Shown: positions 20,428 through 29,657 of the stretch, one piece after another | Layout: every line of letters begins with the position of its first letter | How positions within the stretch are numbered: the stretch's first letter is position 1 | Source of the DNA: Pelagibius sp. | GTDB taxonomy: Bacteria > Pseudomonadota > Alphaproteobacteria > Kiloniellales > Kiloniellaceae | DNA: 64,000 bases | Direction: 5' to 3' | Assembly (NCBI RefSeq): GCF_965227505.1 | Contig: NZ_OZ245757.1 | Span: 3,822,376-3,886,375 of the forward strand | Made by a program: the position numbers and the translations under genes | The notes under the pieces: model-generated | The model's input: the letters and a program-made list of their open reading frames with translations, nothing else | What the model was told of the DNA's origin: nothing | The model's database searches: none

Positions 20428-21741
20428 TCAGTTGTCCTCGGCCGGATTGGGGATCCAGCCGCCGGCCACCTTGGGCCGGCCGCGCTCCAGCGGCGGCACG
20501 GCGCGGCCGAGAATGGCCGCTTTCAGCTCGGCAGCCTGCCACTGCGGATTGGCGGCCTTCAGGCGGGCCGCCAGGGCGGCCACGCGCGGCACCGCGTAGC
20601 TGGAGCCGGAGGCCCGGCCGCGCGCCCCGCGGTAGTCGGTCACCTCCAACTGCTCGGCGGGCACCATCAGGTCGACGGACTCCGAACCCCAGTTGGACCC
20701 CGCTGCCAGCCGTCCGAAGGCGTCGGCCGAGGTGACGACCAACATGTTCTCCAGGGCGAGTGCGGCGGGATAGAGGGGCACGGCGTCGATGTCGCGTCCG
20801 TCGTTGCCGGCTGACACGATGAACAGCAGGTCGCTGTGGCGCCGGGCGGCCGCCTCGAAAGCTGTCCAGTCTTCGGCCTCGCGGCTGCCCAGTGGCATGG
20901 CGACGACGCTGCTGCCCGCCGCGGCGGCTGCGTCGATCAGGTCGGCCATGCGCCCCATGTCCGGGCGCGGATAGCGGAAGGGCAGCAGACGGACGGCGGG
21001 CGCCTCCTTGACAAGTAGGCTGGCCACCGGCGTGCCGTGGCGGATCGGGAAAAAGGCCGAGCGCCCGGTATCGCCGTCGAAGGGGCGCGCATCCAGGTCC
21101 CAGAAGTCGTAGCCCAGCGCCCGACCTTCGCCATCGCGTGCCAGGCGCTCTGCAAGGACCGGCAGCAGGTAGTTCACGCCGCTGTCGATATGGGCCACGG
21201 TTACCCCGCCGGGGTCTTCGCCCGCCGGGACCGGCGGGTTGAGGGCTTCGACCTGTTCCTCGCTGGCCAGGTCAGCCGAGAGATGAACGAGTTCCAGGGC
21301 CATGCCGTCGTCATCGTAGCGCAGGGCGCGCGCATGGTGGATCCGGCAGGTGCTATCCGCCAGGGCCGTGATCAGCGGGCGACCGATATCGCCGTCGTAA
21401 AGGGTGAGAGAGATGCGCCGCAACTGGCCGCCCGCGCGCGTCGCCTCCAGACCTAGGTCAGGCGCCCCGACGGGCCCGTCGAGCCGAACCTCTCGGCGGA
21501 CCCATCTGCCCTCGGGGCCGCGGTCGCGCACCGCGCCCAGCCGGTATCCCGCAAGCGGCCCTTCCGTTGCCATCTCCGTGCCTTCGGGATTGAGGAGGAT
21601 GTCCGGGCAGAGTGCCGCGGCACTGGCCTGCAGGATCGCAGCGCCAGCATCCGGCGTGTTTTCAGCGGCTGCTGCGGCAGAGGCGCCGCCGAACATCGCG
21701 GCCACGACAGCGGCGGTCAGAAAAGGCGGGCATCGGCCCAT
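20428..21741 (-). CDS. S8 (subtilisin-like) serine peptidase with signal peptide and N-terminal extra domain
   Basis: VAHIDSGVN (Asp), RHGTPVAS (His), SAGNDG (Asn), GSSYAVPRVAALAA (Ser). Start trimmed to ATG 21741. Confidence 0.85.
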   Translation of the reverse strand: MGRCPPFLTAAVVAAMFGGASAAAAAENTPDAGAAILQASAAALCPDILLNPEGTEMATEGPLAGYRLGAVRDRGPEGRWVRREVRLDGPVGAPDLGLEATRAGGQLRRISLTLYDGDIGRPLITALADSTCRIHHARALRYDDDGMALELVHLSADLASEEQVEALNPPVPAGEDPGGVTVAHIDSGVNYLLPVLAERLARDGEGRALGYDFWDLDARPFDGDTGRSAFFPIRHGTPVASLLVKEAPAVRLLPFRYPRPDMGRMADLIDAAAAAGSSVVAMPLGSREAEDWTAFEAAARRHSDLLFIVSAGNDGRDIDAVPLYPAALALENMLVVTSADAFGRLAAGSNWGSESVDLMVPAEQLEVTDYRGARGRASGSSYAVPRVAALAARLKAANPQWQAAELKAAILGRAVPPLERGRPKVAGGWIPNPAEDN

Positions 21742-21826
21742 AGGTCCATCCGGCGATCTCTGGTTTCGAACGGGGGCGTCACCGCAGAGGTGCAAGCCGC
21801 GCCGGGCAGTGTCGCACGGACGGCGG

Positions 21827-21856
21827 GCAAAAATCAGCCCCGGACCGCGAAGTCCG
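21827..21856. repeat. Direct repeat copy A (degenerate terminator copy)
   Basis: GCAAAAATCAGCCCCGGACCGCGAAGTCCG, 25/30 identical to 24306-24335; 3 bp beyond the AAA stop codon. Confidence 0.75.
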
Positions 21857-21859
21857 TGA

Positions 21860-24010
21860 TCAGCAGTCCCGCAGGGGCGCGTCCTTGAGGCGCCGCTCCC
21901 GCGGTTCCGCGGTGCCGGCGCTGCGCGCAGGGGGGCGAAAGCCGATCGGCGGACGGCCGCCGGTCTTGGCGGCGGCCTCTGCCGCCAGCAGCGCGGCAAT
22001 CTCTACAGCCGGCGCGGGGTCTGCCCGAAACTTCAGCTGACGGGCGACGACCGCGAAGTCCCCGGGGGTGAGCCCGTCGATCTGTTGCAGACGGCGCGGG
22101 GCCTTCAGGCCGAAAAACAACCGGAAAGCCTTTTCCCGCTGGGGCGCCGTCAGCGCCTTGAGCGTGACCTTGAACACAAATCGGCGCATGGCGGCGGGGT
22201 CCAGTTTGTCGGCATGGTTCGTCGCAGCGATGAAGGGCTGGGGATGGCGCTCCATCCAGGTGAGCAGCTCGTTCACCTGGCTCACCTCCCAGCTGCGCAG
22301 CGCGGCGCTGCGGTCGAACAACAGGGATTCGATCTCGTCGAACAGCAGGATGCTGCCCTCGTCCGCCGCTTCGGCGAAGGCGTCGGCGATGTGCTTTTCG
22401 GAATCGCCGATCCACTTGGACAGCAGATCGGACGCGCGCTTGATCACCAGGGGCTGATCGAGCTTCTGCGCCAGGTGAAGGGCGAGGGCCGTCTTGCCGG
22501 TTCCCGGCCGGCCGGTGAGCAACAGCGAGAAGTCGCGCGCCGCGCCCTTGGCCGAAAGCTGGCTGAACAGGCGAGCGACGTTGCGGTCTGCGTGGTAGAG
22601 CGAGAGATCGAGCGCCTGCTCCGCCTGCGCGCCGGGCGCAGGCCGGCGTCCGTAGCGCAGGCCTTCGACCAGTGCCGTCAGGGTCTGCTCGACCTCTTCG
22701 CTGCCCCCGGAGGCAAGCCGGGCGGAGCGTGCCGCTTTGCGGGCCACAGCGGAGACTTCCGGTGCCGTTGCGGCAAGGCGCTCGATCACGTCTTCCTCCA
22801 GCAGCAGGGCCTCATCCGCCAGGACGCGGGTGAGAATGCGCTTGCGCGCCTGCAGGCGCGGCCGGTCCATCTTCACGACGTATGACATGCGGCGCAGAAA
22901 AGCCGCGTCGATGTTCTCGATGTCGTTGGTCGTCCAGAGCGTCGGGACCGGATTGTTCTCGAACAGGCGGTTGACAAAGACCTTCGACCCGCTGCGCCGG
23001 ACGAAACGCCCGCTGTCGCTGCGTTGGGTATCGCCGATCAGATCTTCCATCTCGTCGAACAGCAGCAGGGTGTCGCCGCGACCCGCCAGCACGCGCTGGG
23101 CGAGGGCGAGGGCCGTCACGCGCTCCCAGCGGTTCGGCTCGTCGCCGTATTCGTCGGTCTCGCCGACGGCATAGAGCCGCGCACCGGCGGCCTTGGCCAG
23201 GGTCTTCGCAAGTTCCGTCTTGCCGGTCCCCGGCGGCCCATAGAGCAGTATGTTGACACCTTTGGCCTTGCCGGCGACGGCACCGCTCAGGAGGCGCCGC
23301 AGCAGCTCCGCGTGCTGCAGGACTTCGGGGAAATCGAGGATGCCGAGTTCGGCCGGGGCGCTGCGTCCGACAAGGCATTCGATCAGGTCGTCGTCGCCCG
23401 CCGGCGCGCGGTCGATCACCCGGTCGACCGCATCGCTCAGGTCGAGCGTGACCTCGCCGCCACGGTTGAGCGAGAGCTCGACCAAAGCCAGTTCCACGAC
23501 CGCACTGCGCCGCAATGCCTCGGGGGTCTCGAAGCCGGCGAGCTTGGCTGCGAAGGTTGTGCTGTCCAGGCCGTGGCTGCGCAGACGCCAGTGCAGGGAC
23601 GCGACGCAGCGCAGCCGGTTGATGGCGACGACGATCTGCAGAAGTCGCGTCTCTTCACCGGTAAGGTTCAGAACCTTCCCAAGACGTGCCGCGATCTGCA
23701 GAACCGCCGTGGTTTTGCCGCCCTGCACTTGCGCTGCGGCGGACTCCACCTCGCTCAGCGCCTTGTCGAGCAGACGCCAGGGATCGGTCTGTGCCTTGCT
23801 TCCGGTGCGCTTGGTCTTGGTGGACTTGGACTTTGCGCTGGCCGAGCGTCGTTCTTCCGCCTCGTCGAGCTTGCGCGCAAATCTGCCCAGACCAAGGGTC
23901 TCGGCATTCTGGCGGCACCAGCTCACGATGCCGGCGGCGCGCGGCGTCCCGGGTTCAGTCTCTGTCATGGCCGCGCGCAGGATGCGCAGCAGCAGTGCGT
24001 GCTCGTTCAT
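21860..24010 (-). CDS. Tandem (two-domain) classical-clade AAA+ ATPase
   Basis: D1: GPPGTGKT, LLFDEMED, WTTN..IDAAFLRR. D2: GRPGTGKT, SKWIG pore loop, LLFDEIES, AATN..LDPAAMRRF. Confidence 0.92.
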   Translation of the reverse strand: MNEHALLLRILRAAMTETEPGTPRAAGIVSWCRQNAETLGLGRFARKLDEAEERRSASAKSKSTKTKRTGSKAQTDPWRLLDKALSEVESAAAQVQGGKTTAVLQIAARLGKVLNLTGEETRLLQIVVAINRLRCVASLHWRLRSHGLDSTTFAAKLAGFETPEALRRSAVVELALVELSLNRGGEVTLDLSDAVDRVIDRAPAGDDDLIECLVGRSAPAELGILDFPEVLQHAELLRRLLSGAVAGKAKGVNILLYGPPGTGKTELAKTLAKAAGARLYAVGETDEYGDEPNRWERVTALALAQRVLAGRGDTLLLFDEMEDLIGDTQRSDSGRFVRRSGSKVFVNRLFENNPVPTLWTTNDIENIDAAFLRRMSYVVKMDRPRLQARKRILTRVLADEALLLEEDVIERLAATAPEVSAVARKAARSARLASGGSEEVEQTLTALVEGLRYGRRPAPGAQAEQALDLSLYHADRNVARLFSQLSAKGAARDFSLLLTGRPGTGKTALALHLAQKLDQPLVIKRASDLLSKWIGDSEKHIADAFAEAADEGSILLFDEIESLLFDRSAALRSWEVSQVNELLTWMERHPQPFIAATNHADKLDPAAMRRFVFKVTLKALTAPQREKAFRLFFGLKAPRRLQQIDGLTPGDFAVVARQLKFRADPAPAVEIAALLAAEAAAKTGGRPPIGFRPPARSAGTAEPRERRLKDAPLRDC

Positions 24011-24305
24011 CGATCATTCGCGTGTCTGCGCCTGCTGGTGGAGCCGGCGGCGCACGAACAAGGCGCAGCCGAGCGCCGCCAGAGGCGGTTGTCGTTTGGT
24101 TTCGGTTCGGGATGACAGTGCCGGGGTCGGGGTCCCGGCCGGCGCACTAGCGCAGAGGGAGGACCGCGAAGATCGGCGGTGTCATGCCCTTGAGATCAAT
24201 CCTCGTCATGGGCTTACACCTGATTTGCCGTTAAGCCATATCGCCGCAGTGATATGGGCTGCGGGATGTATCAACTCCCGGGTTTGCTGTCAACCGCGCG
24301 GTCCC

Positions 24306-24338
24306 GCAAAAAAAGACCCCGGACCGTGAAGTCCGGGG
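24306..24338 (-). terminator. Rho-independent terminator of the phytase-like gene (= direct repeat copy B)
   Basis: CCCCGGAC-CGTGAA-GTCCGGGG stem; the minus strand continues TCTTTTTTT. Confidence 0.85.
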
Positions 24339-24368
24339 CCGGCAAAGTTGGCTTAGGGTAAACGCAAA

Positions 24369-26609
24369 TCACTTGGCGGCCAGCACCTCGTTGGCGGCAC
24401 CGAGGCGCAGGAACAGGGTTTCGCCCGGCGAGTCGTCGACACCGTCGTTGTCGGTGACCGCATAGAGCTTTCCGTCGGCGGCGAGGGCCAGACCCTCCAC
24501 CTTGTCCGCCGTCCAGCCGTTGGCCGCCTGCAGCATCGGCAGCAGGTCCATGGCCAGGGTCTTGGTCAGGACCGGCGGGGCCTCGCCCGGGGCGGCCGGG
24601 GTCACAGCCGACAGGTCCACCTGATAGACCCGCTTTATGGCCGCATTGTGGCCGGCCTGGTTGTCCCGCTCGAGGATGGCGAAACGGCCGTTGCCGAGCG
24701 CAGTGATCTCGCTGAGGCCGACCCAGCCGCCGTTGGCGCTTTCCGGCGCGTCCAGCGGGTAGTGCATGACGCCCCAGGTATTGGTGGCCAGATCCATCGT
24801 CAGAATCTTGGTCAGGCCCTTGGGATCGTCGTTCCACTCACGCTGGACGGCGACGTAAAGCCTGTTGTCGTCCAGGGCGACGCCCTCCAGCCCGAAGCGC
24901 TTCTTCGCGGACTCCAGGACCTCCGGCAGGGTGATCTCCCGCGCCACTTCACCGCTCGGCAGGACGTGCAGGATCAGGCTGCTGCGCTCTTTCTCCGGGT
25001 GGCCCTCGGAGGCGAGGTAGAAGCTGCCGTCCGGCGCTGTGGCGATTCCCTCCAGATCCAGGTTCTCGACCGGCGCGCCGTTCTTCATCACCGTGCGCGC
25101 GGCAACGATGCGGGCCGGCTCTGCCGAGACATCGATCGTGTAGATCTTGGGCACGCTGTAGAAGCTGTCGCTCACGGCATAGAGGATTGCGGGGTCGCTC
25201 GGGTTGGCCGCGAGGCCGGAGAGGGCGCCCCAGCCGATGGGCGCGCCATCAGGGCCGTTCACTGAGACGATCTGGATCAGATCGGGCCCTTCGGCGCCTT
25301 GCTGATAGAGCGTGATGGTCGAGCGGATGTGGTCTTCGGCGGCATCGTCTTCGTTGGAGATGACGATCAGGCCACGCTCTCCGATGGTGACGATGCCTTC
25401 GGGCGCAACGCCGCCGGAAGGCAGGGCCTGGACGAAATCCATGCGTCCGCTGGCGCCTTGCTCCGCAGTGCCGTCGCGGTAGAGGCCCACCAGATTGGCG
25501 CGCTCCAGGCCGACCATCACCAGGCGCTCGCCGGCAAAGGTCCCGACGGCCACGCCCTCGGGCTCGCTGCCCTTGTTGCCGGAGCGCTTTTCGGGATAGT
25601 GCCCGACGGAGGCGGCCAGATGCTCGGTCGCGTTGCCCGAGTCGTACAGCACGGCACCCTCGGCGGAGAACACCGAGAAGCCGCGCGATCCCCCCTCATA
25701 GTCGCCCTCGTTGGCGGTGACGAAGCGGGCGTCGTCCAGCCAGGCAACTGCATCCGGTTCGCGCTTCAGGCCCGTCAGTTCGGCGGTCATGGAGATCGTG
25801 CCGTCGCGCTCGTTGTCGATGCCGCTGAGATCGACGCTGCCGGCGGAGAAGTGATTCACCACCGCGTTGGCGGCAAGATCGACGATGACCAGGTGGTTGT
25901 TCTCCTGCAGAGTCACCACCGCGTGGTTCCGCGTGTTGATGGAGACGAACTCCGGCTCCGGATCCTCTGGCGCCACCTCGGCCAGGCCGGTGAGCTCGGT
26001 CACCGTGACGGCATCGCAGTTCGCCAGGCTGCCGTCGCCGCTGACCTGGAAGCTGGCGAGGTAGCCGGCCGGAAGCTGCGGGATGACGCCGTCGTTCAGG
26101 TCCTCGTCGCGCTCGTTCTCGATCGCCACCGCCAGAAAGGCGCCGTCGGGGCTGACAGCCACACTGTCGGGCTGGCCCTTCAGGTCGCAGGTCGCCTTGA
26201 TTTCGTTGGTCGTCAGGTCGATGACCGCGACATGGCCGCCGGGCTCGACGAAGCTCTCGGAGGTGTTGACTCCCGCATAGGCATGATTGCCCAGCACCGC
26301 CACCGAGGTGGGCTCGCCGCCGAGCATGATCACGCCGGCCGGCTTCGGGTCGGCGGGGTCGGCGATGTCGACCTTGCCGATCGCCTCCAGGGCCGAGTCC
26401 GTGTAGACCAGCATGGTCCCGCCCATGGCCGTGGTGACGATCTCGGCCACCGTCTCGGTGGTGGCGTCGGTTCCTTCCGGCAGGTTGAGGAAAACCGGGA
26501 AGGAGGCGACACGGGCGAAGGGCTCGGTTGCCTGGGCCGGCGCTATGGCGCCCGGAACAAGCCACGCGGCCCCGGCCGTCAGGCCAGCGGCAACGACTGT
26601 GCGGAACAT
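24369..26609 (-). CDS. Secreted beta-propeller protein: alkaline-phosphatase-like N-domain + esterase-like phytase domain
   Basis: Signal peptide; PDSVAVSPDG, PEPEFV, VTLQENNH, REPDAVAW, TANEGD, GSEPEG; C-domain WGALSG, DLEGIA, KRFGLEG, VGLSEIT, ERDNQ, DKVEG, TDNDG. Confidence 0.8.
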   Translation of the reverse strand: MFRTVVAAGLTAGAAWLVPGAIAPAQATEPFARVASFPVFLNLPEGTDATTETVAEIVTTAMGGTMLVYTDSALEAIGKVDIADPADPKPAGVIMLGGEPTSVAVLGNHAYAGVNTSESFVEPGGHVAVIDLTTNEIKATCDLKGQPDSVAVSPDGAFLAVAIENERDEDLNDGVIPQLPAGYLASFQVSGDGSLANCDAVTVTELTGLAEVAPEDPEPEFVSINTRNHAVVTLQENNHLVIVDLAANAVVNHFSAGSVDLSGIDNERDGTISMTAELTGLKREPDAVAWLDDARFVTANEGDYEGGSRGFSVFSAEGAVLYDSGNATEHLAASVGHYPEKRSGNKGSEPEGVAVGTFAGERLVMVGLERANLVGLYRDGTAEQGASGRMDFVQALPSGGVAPEGIVTIGERGLIVISNEDDAAEDHIRSTITLYQQGAEGPDLIQIVSVNGPDGAPIGWGALSGLAANPSDPAILYAVSDSFYSVPKIYTIDVSAEPARIVAARTVMKNGAPVENLDLEGIATAPDGSFYLASEGHPEKERSSLILHVLPSGEVAREITLPEVLESAKKRFGLEGVALDDNRLYVAVQREWNDDPKGLTKILTMDLATNTWGVMHYPLDAPESANGGWVGLSEITALGNGRFAILERDNQAGHNAAIKRVYQVDLSAVTPAAPGEAPPVLTKTLAMDLLPMLQAANGWTADKVEGLALAADGKLYAVTDNDGVDDSPGETLFLRLGAANEVLAAK

Positions 26610-26778
26610 CGGAGTCTCCCTGTACGTCTGGATCAGCCTGCGGGTGAGGCGGCGAATGGATACGCTCGCGCACTCTGGCCTCCCTCTGCGACGCCCGGAT
26701 GAAGAATTCATGTCAGAATTATTGCATTGTCCACAGGCGTCATCGCTCGGGCGACCCTGCGCTCCGGTGGCACAGACT

Positions 26779-27471
26779 TCAGCGCTTCAGGTGCGCGGCC
26801 GTCTGATTGAACAGCAGGCTGTTGTTGGAGGCGTTCTGCAGACCGCGGTTCTGCTTGTCCTTGTGCAGGTCGATGGCGCGTCGCACCGCCGGGCGCTGCT
26901 TGATCCGTCCGCGCCAGTCGGCGATGCGCGGGAAGTCATCGAGGGCGGCGCCCAGCGGCTTGGCGATGAAGGCCCAGGGAAAAGCCATCATGTCGGCAAT
27001 GGAATAGGTATCGAGGATGAAGTCCCGGCCTTCGAGCCGGCGCTCCAGGACCGCCAGGTTGCGCTCGTATTCCCCCAGGTAGCGTTTGAAGCCGTAGTCC
27101 TCGCCATCGGGCGCGTAGTTCTTGAAGTGGCTGAGCTGCCCGGCCATGGGGCCCTGGTTGGCGCTCTGCCAGAACAGCCACTCCAGGGTCTCCTTGCGCC
27201 CCAGCGGGTCCGTGGGCATGAAGCGGCCGGTCTTCTCAGCCAGATAGAACAGGATCGCCCCGCTTTCGAAGACCGAAACCGGGTCGCCGACGACGCCGTG
27301 ATCGACGATGGCGGGCATCTTGGCATTGGGGCTGATGGCCAGGTAGTCGGGCTTGAACTGGTCGCCCTCGGCCAGCTTCAGCAGATGGGTGCGGTACTCC
27401 AGGCTGCACTCCTCCAGCATGATGGCGGCCTTCCACCCGTTCGGTGTGGGCGCGTAGTAGAGCTCGATCAT
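26779..27471 (-). CDS. Glutathione S-transferase (YfcG/YghU-like)
   Basis: YYAPTPNGWK, ISPNAKMPAI, VFESGAIL, WLFWQ, YSIADM. Confidence 0.9.
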   Translation of the reverse strand: MIELYYAPTPNGWKAAIMLEECSLEYRTHLLKLAEGDQFKPDYLAISPNAKMPAIVDHGVVGDPVSVFESGAILFYLAEKTGRFMPTDPLGRKETLEWLFWQSANQGPMAGQLSHFKNYAPDGEDYGFKRYLGEYERNLAVLERRLEGRDFILDTYSIADMMAFPWAFIAKPLGAALDDFPRIADWRGRIKQRPAVRRAIDLHKDKQNRGLQNASNNSLLFNQTAAHLKR

Positions 27472-28682
27472 GCCGCGTCCTCATCTGCCGTGGCGCTTTC
27501 GAAGGCCGCACCACCGGAGAGCATGGTGTCGATCTCGTTGGCCGAGAATCCGGCCTCGGACAGGATAGCCCGGGTATGGGCGCCAAGGGCCGGGGCGCCG
27601 CTGCGCTGGGCCGCCGGGGTGTCGGAGAAGACCGCGGGGTTGCGCGCCTGGCGCAGGCGCCCGGCCTGGGGGTGGTCGTGTTCCACGACAATGCCGTTGG
27701 CCTCCACCTGCGGATGGCGGATCGCCTCGCGCCGGGTCAACACCGGGGCGCAGGGCACGCCCGCCGCTTCCAGGCGTTCGATCCACTCCGCTGTGGTGCG
27801 TTCGCGCAGCACCGATTGCGTCAGCTCCAGGCGTGCGTTCTTGTGAGCATCGAGCCCTTCGGAGTTCTGGAAGCGCGGGTCCTCGATCCATTCCGGCCGC
27901 TCCGCCGCCCGGGCCAGGGCGACCCATTCCTTGTGGCGCATCACCGCGACGCTGATGAAGCCGTCCCGGGTTTCGTAGATCAGGTCGATCCAGCTCTGCG
28001 CGACTTCCTTTTCCATCTCGTTGCCGACAAAGGTATGGCCGCCCATGTCGGAGCCCCAGAGGAAGGCCAGCATCGTGTCCAGCATGGAAAGCTGGATGTG
28101 CTGTCCTTCGCCGGTCCGGCTTCTGGCCAACAGGGCGGCGCAGACCGCCTGGGCCAGGGTGAAGCCGGTCAGCTTGTCGGGCAGGATCGTGCGCACGAGC
28201 TTGGGGCGCTCCGCGTCGGAGCCGGCCTGCACGGTGGTCAGGCCGGAAAGCGACTGGATCAGCGGGTCGAAGACCGGCTTCTGGGCGAAGGGCCCCTCGA
28301 AGCCGAAGCCGCTGATGGAGGCATAGACCAGCCCGGGGTTGATCGTCCGCAGGGTCTCGTAGCCCAGCCCCAGGCGCTCGATCACCCCGGGGCGGAAGTT
28401 CTGCGCGAAGACGTCGGCGTCGCGGACCAGCCGCTTCACCGCCTCCAGGCCCTCGGGCGTCTTCAGGTCGAGCGCGATGGAGCGCTTGTTGCGGTTGTTG
28501 TTGAGAAAGGAGGCGGAAAAGCCGTTGCGCCGGGTCGCCACCTGGCGCGTGTGGTCGCCGCCGTTGGGCGCTTCCACCTTGATCACGTCGGCGCCCTGGT
28601 CGGCCAGGATCATGGTGCCGAGCGGCCCGGAGACCATGTTGGTCAGGTCGATCACTCTGAAGCCGTCGAGCGGTCCGGGCAT
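27468..28682 (-). CDS. Family III CoA transferase (CaiB/BaiF)
   Basis: LDGFRVIDLT..VSGP, GADVIKVE, NRNKRSIALDLK, NFRPG, ISGFG; ATGA overlap with the GST gene. Confidence 0.9.
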   Translation of the reverse strand: MPGPLDGFRVIDLTNMVSGPLGTMILADQGADVIKVEAPNGGDHTRQVATRRNGFSASFLNNNRNKRSIALDLKTPEGLEAVKRLVRDADVFAQNFRPGVIERLGLGYETLRTINPGLVYASISGFGFEGPFAQKPVFDPLIQSLSGLTTVQAGSDAERPKLVRTILPDKLTGFTLAQAVCAALLARSRTGEGQHIQLSMLDTMLAFLWGSDMGGHTFVGNEMEKEVAQSWIDLIYETRDGFISVAVMRHKEWVALARAAERPEWIEDPRFQNSEGLDAHKNARLELTQSVLRERTTAEWIERLEAAGVPCAPVLTRREAIRHPQVEANGIVVEHDHPQAGRLRQARNPAVFSDTPAAQRSGAPALGAHTRAILSEAGFSANEIDTMLSGGAAFESATADEDAA

Positions 28683-28787
28683 GGCGGTGCTCCTTATTAT
28701 TGTGCGGGTGCGTGGCCCTGCGGGACTGCAAGGATAGCGCGCGGCGGCTCTGGCCGCCACGTCGGACGCGGGACGGCAAGCAGGGGG

Positions 28788-29558
28788 CTAGAGGGACGCC
28801 GTGATGCCGCCGTCGACGTAGAGGATGTGGCCGTTGACGAAGCTTGCGGAGTCGCCACAGAGGAAGATGGCAGCGCCGACAAGTTCCTCCACCTTGCCCC
28901 AGCGCCCGGCCGGCGTACGCTTGGCGAGCCAGGCGCTGAAGTCGGCGTCGGCCACCAGGGCGGCGTTCAACTCGGTCTCGAAGTAACCGGGCGCCAGGCC
29001 GTTGACCTGCAGGCCGTGCCTGGCCCAGTCGGTGGCCATGCCCTTGGTGAGGTTGGCGACGGCCCCCTTGGAGGCGGTGTAGGGCGCGATGCCCGGGCGG
29101 GCCAGGGCCGACTGCACAGAGCAGATGTTCACGATGCGCCCGCGCCCGCGGGCGATCATATGCCGCGCGACGGCCTGGCCGACGTTGAACACCGTGGTGA
29201 CGTTGGTCTGCATCAGGCGTTCGAAGTCCGCCGGGTCGAAGTCCTCCAGCGGCGTGCGGTGCTGCATGCCGGCATTGTTGATCAGGATGTCGAGGGCGCC
29301 GGTCTCCGCCTCGAAGCCGTCGACGGCGGCCTTGACCGCCGCGTGGTCGGTGGCATCGAAGGGCAGGGTGTGGACCCCGGCGCCTTCGCCCTGCAGCGTC
29401 GACGCTGCTTCCGCCAGGCGCCCGCTGTCGCGCCCGTTCAGCACCACCTCAGCGCCTGCGCCGGCCAGACCGCGCGCCAACGCGTAGCCGATGCCGCGGC
29501 TGGAGCCGGTGATGAGGGCGCGCTTGCCGCTCAGGTCGAAGAGGTCGAGGCAAGGCAT
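28788..29558 (-). CDS. idnO: Gluconate 5-dehydrogenase (SDR)
   Basis: LFDLSGKRALITGSSRGIG, NNAGMQHRTPLEDF, ALARPGIAPYTASKGAV, NGLAPGYF, GHILYVDGG. Confidence 0.85.
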   Translation of the reverse strand: MPCLDLFDLSGKRALITGSSRGIGYALARGLAGAGAEVVLNGRDSGRLAEAASTLQGEGAGVHTLPFDATDHAAVKAAVDGFEAETGALDILINNAGMQHRTPLEDFDPADFERLMQTNVTTVFNVGQAVARHMIARGRGRIVNICSVQSALARPGIAPYTASKGAVANLTKGMATDWARHGLQVNGLAPGYFETELNAALVADADFSAWLAKRTPAGRWGKVEELVGAAIFLCGDSASFVNGHILYVDGGITASL

Positions 29559-29657
29559 GGCTTGGTCCTTGGCGAGGCGGGAATCGGAGGCGGTCCGCCT
29601 TTGTCGGACATGGGGAAGCGGGCGTCAACGCCGCAGCGGCGAAGGACCGGACGGCGG

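Noticed and set aside
24070-24100. Minus-strand AAC GAC AAC resembling an alphaproteobacterial tmRNA tag (ANDN)
   Set aside because: The frame does not end in Ala-Ala-stop and no tRNA-like domain is visible.
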